Shown one piece after another: positions 1-18,780 of a DNA stretch of 64,000 nt; position 1 is the stretch's first letter; every line of letters starts with the position of its first letter. The notes under the pieces are model-generated. The model was not told the origin of the DNA. It ran no database searches and saw only the letters and a program-made list of their open reading frames with translations. Source of the DNA: Chrysomallon squamiferum (lineage: Eukaryota; Animalia; Mollusca); assembly GCA_012295275.1 (NCBI GenBank), contig CM022678.1, positions 15,810,001 to 15,874,000 of the forward strand, read 5' to 3'. Position numbers and translations under genes: made by a program.

Positions 1-65
1 AAAATGATTATTTCTTGAAATAAATATATAAATAAATAAATAAATATATAAAGTTATGCATGTAC

Positions 66-5228
<5,163 letters not shown>

Positions 5229-5732
5229 TGTTTTTCCTGAAACGGTTTGAATTTAGCCATAATTAATTGTATTAGCCATAGCGTTAATAGTAGCAGTAGT
5301 AGTACCATAGCGTTAATAGTAACAGTAGTAGTACTAACAGCAGTAATAATAATTGCAGCAACAGTAGTAGTAATAAAAGTAATAATAAAAGTAGCACCAG
5401 TACTACTAGTAGTAATAGTAGTAATATTAACACTAATTACAATGTTAATAGTATTACTAAGTACTAGTAAAAGTAATAGTACAAGTAGTAATCATAGTAA
5501 TAATAGTATTAACAGCATAAAAAGGTAGAAATAGTAGTAATCATAGTGAAATTATTGTTAATACTTGTTAATATTTATGTATGTGTGTTGTATCACGCAC
5601 TCTCCAATGACTGGGTGTGTGTTAGTGTGCATTGTTGTTTGTATGTGAGTGAGTTTGTGTGTGCGTGTGTGTGTGCGTGTGTGTGAGTGTCTGTTATATA
5701 CTATTGATACTTATACTCAGCACATTTCTTAC

Positions 5733-5950
5733 CTTTCTTTGTTCTTCGAATTTGAACAAGAAAACTTTAATTAAGTTACATCCACGTTTTCTGAAGTTTC
5801 TCTTCCTCTTTCTCCTCTGAATTCTGATCCCTGCGTGATGTGGACTGTTCTTTATTCGCTGAGGTTTTTTTTTGTTGGCGTATGTCACTTTTACGTAGGG
5901 TCGAAGGTGTGTATTTTCTGACAGGGCGGATGACATGTTTGTTCAGTACA
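5733..5950 (-). other. Probable non-coding 5' exon / start region of the chitinase gene
   Basis: AAG|GTAAG donor at 5732 on the minus strand; acceptor TTTCAG about 8 nt upstream of the ATG at 5228; non-repetitive sequence. The upstream limit is approximate. Confidence 0.5.
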
Positions 5951-6039
5951 CATGGCAACAGGGTATGTCCGTCTCAGTTATGTCGCCATTTCTACTCTCT
6001 CGCGCAGTTTACACCAAGTCGACGTTTTAAAATTAGATT

Positions 6040-6250
6040 TAACGGTTAGAACTGACAATCGATGTTTTGAATATGGTGTTATGTTATGAGATTTCACGAA
6101 CAGAATTAATTACTAGTTATCAACATTTTAAATATGGTTGTTGTGTTATTAGAGTCAACAGATAGAATTAAGGACTGGTTGTTGTGTTATTAGCTATAAG
6201 GATAGAATTCAGTACTGTTTATCAACATTTTTGAGTGTGCTTGTTGTTTA
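6040..6250. repeat. ~60-bp minisatellite (TTATCAACATTTTAAATGTGGTTGTTGTGTTATTAGATTT...GATAGAATTAAGTACTGG); paralogous arrays at about 17065-17465, 27915-28225 and 39995-40225
   Basis: The same unit recurs near the left end of each segmental duplicate, with different unit counts. Confidence 0.85.
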
Positions 6251-7025
6251 TTTAAATTTACGAGAAGTACAATGTACGTGCGGTGGTTGAGTTTGGAACT
6301 ACTAGTCAGAAAGACGTGTTTGTATTCAAACATGTGAAGAGTTTTGAGTAGGCATCATAGGCAGGGTTATAACTTTAACACGTGTCTATCTAATTACATC
6401 TTTCAGTTTGTTTTCTCATCTCAGTATCTATGTATGTATCTATATAATATATATATATATTATATGCCTGTACGTAAGTATTTATGTATGTATGTATGTA
6501 TGTATGTATGTATGATGTTGGTATGTATGTATGTATAATGCCCCGATCCGGCGAGCCTATGACTGTAATATAGGCCGAGAACAGGATTTGTAGTGATTCC
6601 TCACTGATAGGATTTTTTTCTTTGCTTCGGTTTATTTTATAATTTTATTATTATTATTAATAGTAATTGTTGTATTAGTTGTAGTAGTAGTAGTAGGAGT
6701 ACTAGTAGTAGCATAGTAGTATAACAGCATTAAAAAATACATCAACAAAAACAAAACGTCAAGAATATGAAAAGAAAACGAAAAACAAAAACAAATTTAA
6801 TAGGTAATATATTTCTATTATAACGGTGACTTATAAAGATATAAATGGAAGAAGTATCCATATTAACAAAAATCAAAAATACGTTTGTTTATAACAAATC
6901 AAACCTTTTTGTTAACAAATTTTACTTTTTCACATACTTGTAAACTTAAATGCTTATTCATAGTAGTTTACTCAGCAATTATTCAGGTATTTGAAAAAGC
7001 AAATAATAAAAAAAGTTAACAATGA

Positions 7026-7116
<91 letters not shown>

Positions 7117-7798
7117 TTCGTATTAATAATTTATATAAAATTAACTGTTTTCACAGGATAAATGATACATTATTATGTGTGTATGTGTGTCTGTGTGTGT
7201 GCAGGTTCTTTTTAATATGATCTATTTATTTTAAATATGTGAATATAATAACCCCAAACCATATATAATATGCATCGATACATCTATAGATATACACGTA
7301 AATACGTAAGCCGCTGTTATGACGTCATAATGAAAGTATTTTTGAATATTTATCCCAAAAACGTTATAATAACATTTTTTCAGCTCATAATATACAAGTA
7401 AATAAATAAATACATAAATATACATTTTTAAAATTTGTATAATTATAATGTACAACTGACAGTTCTACCATCATAATATATTACAAGTGATTACATATAA
7501 ATTCCAATAAGAAATTATGTTAAAAGTAAATATTGTTTATTAAAATGTACATAAAAATTAACTTGTAACACATGATTGATGAAACTACATACACGGCAAT
7601 GCAGTTTGTTATAGAAACAAAATGAAATAAAAATAAGAGTTAAACATTAAGTCCACTAAACGAATTTAAAAACAAAACGCTGATGAGAATAATTTTTAAA
7701 TAAATGAAAATTGATTTCCGAAAGAGCTAACTGCAGCAAAAACAATGGCATCACTAGTGAAGCGACCACGGATACTTCTTCAGGGGAGATAACCTTGT

Positions 7799-10027
7799 TT
7801 ATGAAATTGCTTTCAGAACTTCATCTGCTGTAGGTCTCAGATTCGGATCATGTTCCCAGCACTGATTCATCACTACGTAGATACTATCATCAATTCGGAT
7901 ATCTTCGGGAATGTTCGGAATCGTTCCGTTCTCGCCGACCTGCTTCCGTAGCTGAATTTCGTTGAGGTCATAAAAGGGTTCTTCCTCGGTAAACACTTCC
8001 AGCATAACAAGTCCAAAGGAATAAACATCGGCTTTTATATACTGCTCACGATTGAGTCGCTCACCACGGAGAACTTCGGGCGCTGAGTATCTGGGTGTGC
8101 CTCTGTTTCGGAAACATCCGGACATGGACGTTTCTGTTTCCGCCTTCATCATACTGAGCCCAAAGTCGGTGATTTTCGCTGTAATGTTCAGGTAAGGGTG
8201 CTCTTCATCTTGCTCTGTCTCAGGCATATTCAGCAAGATGTTTTTTGATTTTATGTCACAGTGAGCCACGCCGCTCTCGTGCATGTACGCCAGTCCAGCA
8301 CACACTTGTGTAATTATCCCCCGTTTCTCTGTGTCATCAAACACTATATCCTGAAATCAACAGAATATCTATTAAAATTAATATACCTCTCAAACCACTC
8401 TATCTCGATCTCGACCATGTTTAGAAATATTTAGTTTTCTGTATCTTTCAGAAATGCCCGGACATTTATACATTTCTGCCTCACTTATACATTTAGACAC
8501 GATTATTTAATATTAGATAGATTTACCTTTTCACAGTGAAGTGCATCAAATAAGCTCAAATCCATTAGTTCCATAACAATGCAGAGATTGGGAGGGTCGA
8601 CAGAACCACCAAGAAATCTGACAATGTTCTTGTGCTTCAGTTTGATCAACAGTTCCACCTCTCTGATAAATTCTTTCAGTCTACGATCAGAAACCTTCTG
8701 CACGTGCAGCTTCTTCACAGCAACAGGCTGTTTCTTCCAAATCGCAAAATAAACAACTCCGAACGCACCTTGGCCTATTTTCTCCCTCAGATCGAGCTCT
8801 TCAAAGGAAATCAGACCTCCACTCTGTCTCTCATCGTCTTCCACGTTTGTTCTTGGCTGCTGGTATGTTTGACGCTCTTCCTGCCATTCGTCTACTGCTT
8901 TCACGCGGTTCGTTGCGAATCTGGCGTAGTCAACGTGATCCTGTAGCTCCTCTCCCATGGCACCATAATCATCGGGCTCCTATTAGTTGGTGAGGAAAGC
9001 GTAATTATTGTCCAGATGATTTAAAACATTCGTTTGTTATAAAAACATAAATGAACTAACTGACTTTCAACACTCATTGATAAATAGTGGATATTTTGTA
9101 ATGAAACAAATAGTCTTCGTTCTTAATATAAACCAAATAGAGAAGAGTCATTTTTATGTGTTTAATTCTTTATCAAAACTGAGAAAAGGCTTCTTCATAT
9201 TAATACAAATATTTCTCAAAGGAATGAAACAAAACAATTTAAGACATAAAAGATTAAACTTATTTGAGTTTATCTTTTATATCCTTTTTAAGTTCTCCCT
9301 GTAAGTTTGTGTGTGTTTGTGTGTATCTGCCTGTATCTGTGTGTGTGTGTGTGTGTGTTATAAGACTAACCATATCAAATAAATGTTGCTTCGTCCTTTC
9401 AATTTTTTCTTTAATTTCGTCCCCTCGCCGCGGATTTCTCGGATTTCTCGGTTTATCACCTCCATTTTTAGTCTTTCTTGAAATCGGTTTAGTTCCGATT
9501 GGCAGTCCTACTCTGTTGTGCCTTCGGTTGAAATCGTTGTCTGTATAAACCTTGACTGATAGACAAAAAAGAAAACAAAGAAAATAAAAATAAAAATAAA
9601 GTATAAAAATAATATAAATTAATAAATAATAGTTCCGACATATTCATTAAAATATTCATCACGATGACCATAGTGACTTAGTGTATCAAAGAGAAAAATC
9701 ATCTAACATACCTGTTACTGAAGAGTCAGATCTAGAAATGACAGCTGTTCCATACTCCATTCCCACACGACCCAAACTTCTATTGAAGGCGTTGTCAACA
9801 TAGGTTCCACCACTGGAGGAGCCAGATTTAGAAATGACAGCTGTACCATACGCCATTCCCACACGACCCACACTTCTGTTGTAGGCGTTGTCAACATAGG
9901 TTCCACTTGACCGTTGACTTCCGGCACTGGAGGAGCCAGATCTAGAAATGACAGCGGTCCCTTTCTGCATTCCAACTCGACCCATACGCCTATTGTAGGC
10001 GTTGTCAACATAGGTTCCTTTAGGCAT
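7799..10027 (-). CDS. TKL-type protein kinase with N-terminal YxDNxxNRxxxRVG repeats, copy A; intact, ~501 aa. Exons 10027-9712, 9555-9371, 8979-8527, 8350-7799
   Basis: Exon lengths 316+185+453+552 splice in frame (phases 1,0,0). Motifs GQGAFG, VAVK, FIREV, HCDIKSKNILL, DFG, GTPRYSAPE, DVYSFG, CW...RP. Three repeats in exon 1 and one in exon 2. Confidence 0.92.
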
Positions 10028-10218
10028 TTTGAGTCAAATAACTACAAATGGATGAAAATCTGTTTTAAAAATCCGTTGTTAAGATTGATGTAGAGCAAAA
10101 TGTATTAATGTTTGTGTATCTGTTTTATGTTTGAGAGCGAGAGTACGATTAAAGGAAAAAACATATTACCTCCTTCTTATCGCAAATACCCTGTGTATTA
10201 GCATTATCATCACCATCA

Positions 10219-10283
<65 letters not shown>

Positions 10284-10284
10284 A

Positions 10285-10440
10285 AAATTAAATTTACCAT
10301 AAATGTTGAAATTTATAGAACACAAATACCTTCTGCAAAGGCATGATAAACTGAAACTACAAATTCAGTAATCTCCTGGAAATTATATTTATCGTTTGTG
10401 GGTTAAGATTCGAAGAAAATACTAGCTTCGTTTCAGTGAC
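10285..10440 (-). promoter_or_regulatory. Kinase-gene 5' non-coding exon / proximal promoter module; paralogs near 11485, 21735, 36760 (partial), 37825, 39455, 45820
   Basis: Conserved block with a G|GTAAATTT donor on the minus strand; a conserved TTTGTAG acceptor lies ~15 nt upstream of every kinase ATG. TTCNNNGAA and AGCTTCGTTTCAGT motifs lie just upstream in several copies. Confidence 0.55.
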
Positions 10441-11052
10441 ATTAATGATATTATTGTGTAGCCTTGAGTTTATGTATATGTGTCTTTCTGTATTTGTTTA
10501 TTATACATGCGCGTTTGTGTTACTGTGTACTGATGAGTGGGTGTGTTAGGGTGAGTGTCATTTTATTTTTATATATGTAATCACACACACACACACTCCG
10601 TAATTAAAGGAATTGTTTCCCTTTGTTAAGGTCATTGATCTTACGTTTATCATTATTATAGGTTAGCGGTATTTCTTTTCGTTTCGATTCTTTATTTATT
10701 TATTTTATTAATAAACATATCTGGGTGGCATGTTATTTACAATCATACCATAATATTTGCTGTAATGGAATATTTGCATTAATCGAAATAGCGGTATAGA
10801 AACTATTATCGGACAGTTAGCATTAACGGAAGTGTTAATGTAACAGATAACGGGGGCGGGGCAGAGGTGACCTGATTAAGCAGACTACTAGTTTGTTAAA
10901 ATCTCAAATAGAATTCATACCTTTGTTTTTGATGATAAACGGTAGGATTACTTTTCCTTTTCCAAATACTTTTTGAAACTCACTGCACGAAAAATATTCA
11001 TATGGCTATTAGTAATAATACTTTTTAAAGTTTAACATTAATTAAATTACTT

Positions 11053-11121
<69 letters not shown>

Positions 11122-11405
11122 TATAAATTAATTAATTAATTAATACAGGTATGTGAATAATACATAGTTTCTTCATAGAAAAGACAACATTAGTGACATG
11201 GCAATGATATCTCTGACACTTCTTAAAACTGTAGGCCTACATGATAATAAGAAAATCCCCATTTTTATTAAATCAGCAATCATCACTGATATAAAAATGA
11301 AAAAACATAAATATCTGGAATATCTAGTTAAAAATACTAAAGTGAAAACGTGAACCTTTCATCTTATCGCAACTTCCCTGTTTATTATCAGTATCACATC
11401 ATCAC

Positions 11406-11483
<78 letters not shown>

Positions 11484-11772
11484 AAAGTGAAATTTACCTT
11501 ACGTTTGAAATTTCTAGAACACAAATACCGTCCGCAAAGACATTGGAAAATGAAACTAGAAATTCTCCTGGAAACTATATTTATTGTTTGTGGGTTAAGA
11601 TTCAAGGAAAATACTAGCTTCGTTTCAGTGACGTTATTGATATTATTGTGTAGCTAGAGTTTATGTATAAGTGTCTTTGTGTATTTGTGTATTATACATG
11701 CGCGATGGTCTTACTGTGTGCTGATGGGTGGTTGTGGTTTGTATCGGTGTAATTTTATTCTTATATATGTAA

Positions 11773-11826
<54 letters not shown>

Positions 11827-12627
11827 ACGCATACACACCCCTCCACATAAAACATAAAACACATAAAACGTTGATAATTATTTATATATTATTAATTGAG
11901 GAATTTCGTTTTAACGTTCTTTTGTCTTTATCATCATTACAGCTACTGGTGTCATTGTTTTTGTTATTATTACTTTATCGTTATCATAGTACTGCTGCTG
12001 CCACTACCGATGCAGCTGCTGCTACTACTTCTACTAGTAGTATTACTAATAATACTTCTACTGCTGCTACCATTTCTGCAACTGTTACTAGTATTACTAC
12101 TTCTAAGAGTACTACGACCATTACTGGTACTAGTACTACTATTATTACTACTACTACGTTTTATATTTCATGATTAACGTAAGTAATCACCTCCACTCAG
12201 AAATTAAAGGAATTGTTTCTTCTTCTTATGGTCCATTGATCTTAATTTTATCATTATTATATGTTAACGGTATTTCTTTTATTTATTTTAATTTAAAAAA
12301 AAGATAAACAATGTCTGGCTGCCATGTTATTTACAAATAATTGCATAAATACAATTAGCGGTATAGAAACCATTATCGGTCAGTTTAGTATTACCGGAAG
12401 TGTTAATGTAACAGATAATGGATGTACGTATGACGCGGAGAGAGGTGTGACCTGATTAAGCAGACTTCAGTTTGTTAAAATCTCAAATAGCATTCATAAC
12501 TTTATATATTTTATTGATTTTTTTCTAAACCCTTTTGACATCTCACTGCACGTAAAACCTTTATGGCTATTAGTAGTAATACTTTTTAAAGTTTAACATG
12601 AATTAAACTTTTTTTAAGAATCTGAAC

Positions 12628-12685
<58 letters not shown>

Positions 12686-13249
12686 TAATTAATTAATACA
12701 GGTATCTGAATAATATTTTTTTTTTTTTTTTTTTTTTCACGGGAAAACAACAATGACATGGCAATAAAATACATTTCAAACAATTTATTTTTATTTTATT
12801 CTATTTTACTTTTTCTTTCTTTCTTTTCTTCTTCTTCTTCTTCTTCTTCTTATTATTATTATTTTATTTTTATTTTTATTTTTATTTATTTTTGTGTTGC
12901 TTTGTTGTGCTTATCTGTTTTTCTCTTTTTTGTAAAGAAGATATAATAAGATTTTGCACAATTTTTATCAAACTCAGCAATCATCATAAATGTTGGATAT
13001 GAACATACAAATAAATACCACAACACAATGAAACCATAAGTTTCTGGAATATCTATTTAAAAATATGAATTAATATACTAAAATAACTTCTGCACATTCA
13101 TCTAATTTATTTATGTATGTTATATGTATTTTTAAATTTTTGTTTAGGAAAACATTCATTTATTCTAACATTCAGAAATGAACATAATTGTATTGTTAGA
13201 TAAAGAAAAATGTATTTCTACTGAAATAAAATAAATAATAAAGACAAAT

Positions 13250-15577
13250 TTCTGATATTCTTAAACAACTTTATTTCTTCAATACAAATAAAAATAGCTG
13301 TAAATAAATTAATTTATCTTTAATATATACTGTTTTGAATACAAAAAGAAAATTGACAACTGGCCATATATTTCTACACATATATTTTGTGGCTATATTT
13401 TTCTTAATCTCCTTTGAGATACAGTAGTTTCTAAATCTACATTGTCACTATATGAGGTAATTTCACATTTTAAATTATACATATTTCTTAACCTTCTTCA
13501 CATAGTCTATTAGATGCAATTGATTAAAGTATAGTAGTTTCTGTAAGGACATAGTCACTGAATGATGAAACAATGCATTTTTATTATCTCACTTGGTTAT
13601 CAGTAAGATGGAGGGAATATGAGGATACTGGTATATAAATTCTCAACATCATCATCATCACCACTATATGATTGTAACTATACATTTTATTATATCTCTT
13701 TTTTTCTCTTCTTCAGTTTGTAAGATTGTGTTAGTCTGAGGATTTGCCTCTTTAAAAATCAACATTATTGTTGTCATCATCTTTATCATCTTCATCATCA
13801 TCATAATCATATAAGATATAACTATACATTTTTATTATATCTTGGTTTCTTTCTCTTCTTCAGTCAGTAAGAATGTGTTTACCTGAAGATACTTATCATC
13901 TTTATCATCATCATCATCTCTACATGATACAACTATAAATTTATATGTCTCTTTGACTTCTTTGGCCTGTCTGACTAAGATGGAGTGAACCGAATAATAG
14001 TCATCTCTAAAATCAACATCATCATCACCATCATCATCATCATCATCATTGTCAGCAACAGAACAGCAGCATCTCTCCTTCTGACTGCTCTACATCAACA
14101 CCAACATTAGAAAATACCTGAAAAAAGATACTGAAATAAAAACAGTAAGTGATTAAATTAACTGTAAAACAGAATGTAGAAAATCTTCACACTTAACTTC
14201 TGATTAATGACAATGAGATAAATAATTATAGTGTAATATAAATAATATAACAGGATGAATTAATTTTCTAGTAAAATTATCTCTAATTATCTCTTTATTA
14301 TCTCTAAGTTTTTATTTTTATTTTACTGTTCGGGTAATCAGTCTATCACTGCTCAAAACAAAGTGTGACAATAATTGAATAATAAATCAGTAAAATTAGA
14401 AACATTTACAGTTATGCCACCTGTCTTCTCCTTCACAACTGAAATCAATAGGTGTGATTTCAAGCCAAAATTTAAAAAAAACACCCAGGAAACCCACCTT
14501 AAAACCCCCACCTAATGTGACCCTTCACAAATTCACGTGATTAATACTGAAAATCTGTATTAAAACAAAAAGGAACAAAAATGATATATAAATAAATAAA
14601 CTAACTCAATTAAAAACAAAATGCTTCATGAAAACAAGGGAATAAATATAGTCAGTTAGCACAAACATTTTCTTTATGCAGGGGAGATAATTGATGAAAA
14701 TAAACTTGCAAAAACCTGATATAGAATGAAGTTTGAAATTATGTCCAGATGCTTGAACTGATGGCTAAAGAAATAATCAAACATAAAACAGGCAATAATC
14801 TAGCAGCAGGGAGATGTGCACACATTAAAATATTACTTGATTAAAAGATTTCTAGAAAGAAATAAAACAAAAGAACCACCACTAATTATTATTATAACTA
14901 CTACTATAACTATACTACAAGCACTGCTATTACAAATAGTATTGCTGCTGATGCTGTTGCATCTACGAAAACAACTACTGCAGGTTCAGGAAACTTTTTC
15001 TGACCTGTAAAACTATAGCCTACATTTTCACATTGTTTTAGCATATACAAACTTTATTTTAAGCCAAAAATCATTAAAACTGCTACATAAAAATAATAGT
15101 TTTATAAGCTGTAGGTGGAAATCAGATCCTGTTTTCATGGTTTTTTCTCAAAAGAAAACACTTCCAGTCACATGCATTCCAGATAAATGTTTTAAACCTG
15201 CACTATTACTGCTGCTACCTCTGTTATTATAACTTGATTATATTTTCTTTTTTCACCACAAAATAAACAGGTACAAAAATGACTTTGTTTACCACAACAG
15301 AATCTGACAAAAATAAAAATTTAAAATATACCTGTGATGCTGAGAATAAATATCTTAAAACACTTTTACCTGTTTCTAAATAAATTTAACTTTTTTAATT
15401 TTATTTTATTTTTATTTGTTTATTTTCTTGTTTTTTAATTTAAGTTTAATAACAGTAAATAGAACTACAGAAGCCATCATTTTACTGTATAATGATATTG
15501 TTGCATTACTTGGTATGGAAGAAAATATTCAGCATGAATAATCATGATAAATCAATGTGGCTAAAATTATAGCTTTG

Positions 15578-15664
<87 letters not shown>

Positions 15665-16963
15665 TGATTTGAGGCTGCAAACATCACAGGCAATACTAAG
15701 ATTTATTTTGGTTATGGATTTTTTAATACAGACCAGTAGCCATATTTATTTAATTCAAGATGTAACACCAAAGGCAACACACAAATTCCACTATAAGCAA
15801 GAATGGTGAATCAACTGATTTTTTTGTCTTTTTGTATCTATTTACAGCTTAAGTCTGAAATAAGCAACAATAAAATTAATTGAGTCTTCAGAATATTTAT
15901 TTATTTGTTTATTAATTTTTAGAATGTAAATGATTTTCTCATAGAATATAATGATTATATAAATTAACATTAAGTGATTATTAGAATTTTTTTAAAAGTA
16001 AGAAATAACTGAGACTTGTAAATATTCACTGATGACTCATGCTTATAAAACATTTAATCTCTGTAAATTCATTTAGACCACAGTGTTTCCTTCTATTTCT
16101 TATTTATCTTCCTCAAACTGATTTATTTAGTTTCTTAATTCATATAGTAGAAGATTAGTTTGTAATGCCTAAAGGATGCTGGATGAAGCTTAGAGGTAAC
16201 ATAAAATATATATATATCAAATTTTTTGTCCTGCTTTCCATTTTCTTTAGAAATCTGTATTAAAATGATGCTAAGGCTTAACTCTACTGATACATAAATG
16301 TTTTCAAAAATTGTTTTAAAATAAAGTCCATTACTGACGTGCTTATCAGCTTTAGTGACATCAATGTTTGATTAAAAAAAAGGCAAAGTGCCTACCTGTA
16401 TTTGTTTTAGTTGTTCCAGTCAAAGCTGATGTATTAGAAGTTAATGGTGTTTCACGATTCATCTTCTTTGTCAAAGTTCTTTCATTTTTCTCTGTCGTGA
16501 TCGCTCTCTTGTTCTTTACATCTCTGACAAAAGGAAAAGCTATGTCTATCTTGACTGATTGGCCAAGCTGAACTGACAGAAGATGAAGATATTCCACCTT
16601 TAGTGACAGAAGAACTAACTGCAGTAGGACAAAATGCTGGTTTGGTTCTGGTCATGGTTTTCAGAAAATCTACAAAAGACTTTTGTTTTTTGTTCCCTAA
16701 ATTTCTTACACTGGTTTCTGAATTTACAGTGGTGACAGAAAATGATGTGTGTTGTTGCTGGATTCTGCACCTGGTAGTGTTAAATAGTGGATTAATATTA
16801 TCAGAATCATTGTGTAAAGTGTCACTCTTAGAATCTGTAGCTTCTGTAAAAGGTGGCTCTTTATTACTACAACTTTTTCCTTTATCTGAAAATAATGTTT
16901 GTTTCTGAGGTGTCACTGCAGATGATTCTGACCCAGAGCTCTTTGTTTTGGAGGTAGAACATT
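13250..16963 (-). pseudogene. Duplicated 3' fragment of the coiled-coil/TQT gene (end of large exon, downstream introns, last exon, 3' UTR), degenerate
   Basis: ORFs 16482-16916 and 16361-16597 match the C-terminal part of ORF 49726-51408 (TPQKQTLFSDKGK; LTSNTSALTGTTKTNTG) but in shifted frames. The last-exon copy at 14116 hits an early stop. Confidence 0.85.
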
Positions 16964-18780
16964 CTGAAACAGGGAATGTCCATTTCAGTTACGTCGCCAT
17001 TTGAACTGTCACACTTCAAAGTTTGCGTCTCTGCAGTTTAAATTAGATTTAAAAGTTAGAAATGACATTTTAAATGTGATTGTTGTGTTATTAGATTTTA
17101 CGGATAGAACTGAGAACTAGTTATCAACATTTTAAATGTGGTTCTGTTATTAGATTTTACGAAAAGAATTCAATAATTAAATTGTACAGATACAATTAAG
17201 TACTGGTTATTAACATTTTAAATGTGGTTGTTGTGTTATTAGATTTTACGGATAGAATTAAGTACTGGTTATCAATATTTTAAATGGTTGTTGTGTTATT
17301 TGATTTAAAGATAGAATTAAGTACTGGTTATCAACATTTTAAATGGTTGTTGTGTTATTTGATTTAAAGATAGAATTAAGTACTGGTTATCAACATTTTA
17401 AATATGGTTGTTGTGTTATTAGATTTAAGGATAGAATTCAGTACTGGTTTTCAACATCTTAAATGTTGTTTATTTAAATTTACAAGTAGTAATGTGTACG
17501 TGCAGTGTTTCAGTTTGGAACTACAGTCAGAAAGACGTGTTTGTATTCAAAAATGTGAAGAGTTTTGAGTAGGCCTCATAGGCTGGGTTATAACTTTAAC
17601 AGGTGAAGAAAATAATGGAGTGTCTAATTACATCTTTCAGTTTGTATTTTTATCTCAGTATATATGTGTGTATGTATGTATGTATGTATGTATGCAGGAA
17701 TGTACGTATGTAAATGTGTTCTCGTGTCTCTGTGTATATATGTATGTATGTATATAGGAATGTATGAATGTATGTACATGTGTATGTACGTATCTGTATG
17801 TATGTATGTATGAAGTATGTTTCCATTATGTTGCAAATGTCAGAAAGCTATCATCCAGCAAGACTATGACTGTAATAGAATCTCAGAACAGGCTATATAA
17901 TTAATGTTCACAGAGAACTTTTTATTTTTTTATTTTGGTCCTTTTATATTATTATTATTATTATTAATAGTAACAGTAATCCTTGTAGTAGTAGTAGTAG
18001 TATTAGTAATAGTAGTAGTAGTAGTAGTAGTAGTACTATAAAAAACATTAAAACGTTCAAGAAAGAAAATGTTAAGAATACGAAAAGAAAGAAAAACAAA
18101 TGTTAACATGTTATAGACAATATAAATAATTATAAAGATATAAATGGAAGTAGTCTATATTCATAGCAGTTTAGTTAACAATTTTTCAGGTATTTAGAAA
18201 GCAGTGATACGTCATATATATATATATTAATAGCATATTAATAATTTATATAAAAATTACTGTTTTCATAGGACAAATGATAAATTATTAAAACCTAAAA
18301 AAGTGATAACTTATTATGTGTAAGTGCTAATTTAAAAAAATAATAATATAGTTATGTTAAAAATGCGTAGAGACAATAACCCCAACCAATTCATAACGTG
18401 ATAAATAAATATATATATATATATATATATATACGAAAATACTAATCCGCTCTTATGAAATTATTTTGATGATAGGACTCTGGTTTTGTTATTTACCTAC
18501 TGTAGAAAAATATTTATCACCAAAACGTTAGAATAACATCAGTAAATACATAAATATACATTTTTAGAATCTGTATACTTATAAGATACCACTCACTAAA
18601 AAAATTTAAAGTTGTCATCATTGATTATGTATAACTTCAAATCAAAAATGATTTAAAAGTAAGTATTGTTTAGTAATAATTTCCTTAAAAATAAACTGTT
18701 AAAACATGATTAATGAAAATATAAACACAGAAATGGATTTCCTTACATAAACTCAGTGAAGTACATTCAGATGGAGCTAA

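Noticed and set aside
7799-8979. Naming the kinase as RAF, MLK, RIPK, IRAK or LRRK
   Set aside because: Motifs support the TKL group only; none of the defining accessory domains are present.
9715-10011. Overlapping alternative-frame ORFs MLTTPTTEVWVVWEW (also 20956-21393, 44351-44725) and plus-strand ORFs over the kinase exons
   Set aside because: Shadow frames of a repeated or coding sequence, with no independent support.
9686-10027. Repeat ORFs (also 20927-21514, 44190-44741) as separate small proteins
   Set aside because: Each has a conserved G|GTATGT donor in phase with exon 2 leading into the kinase.
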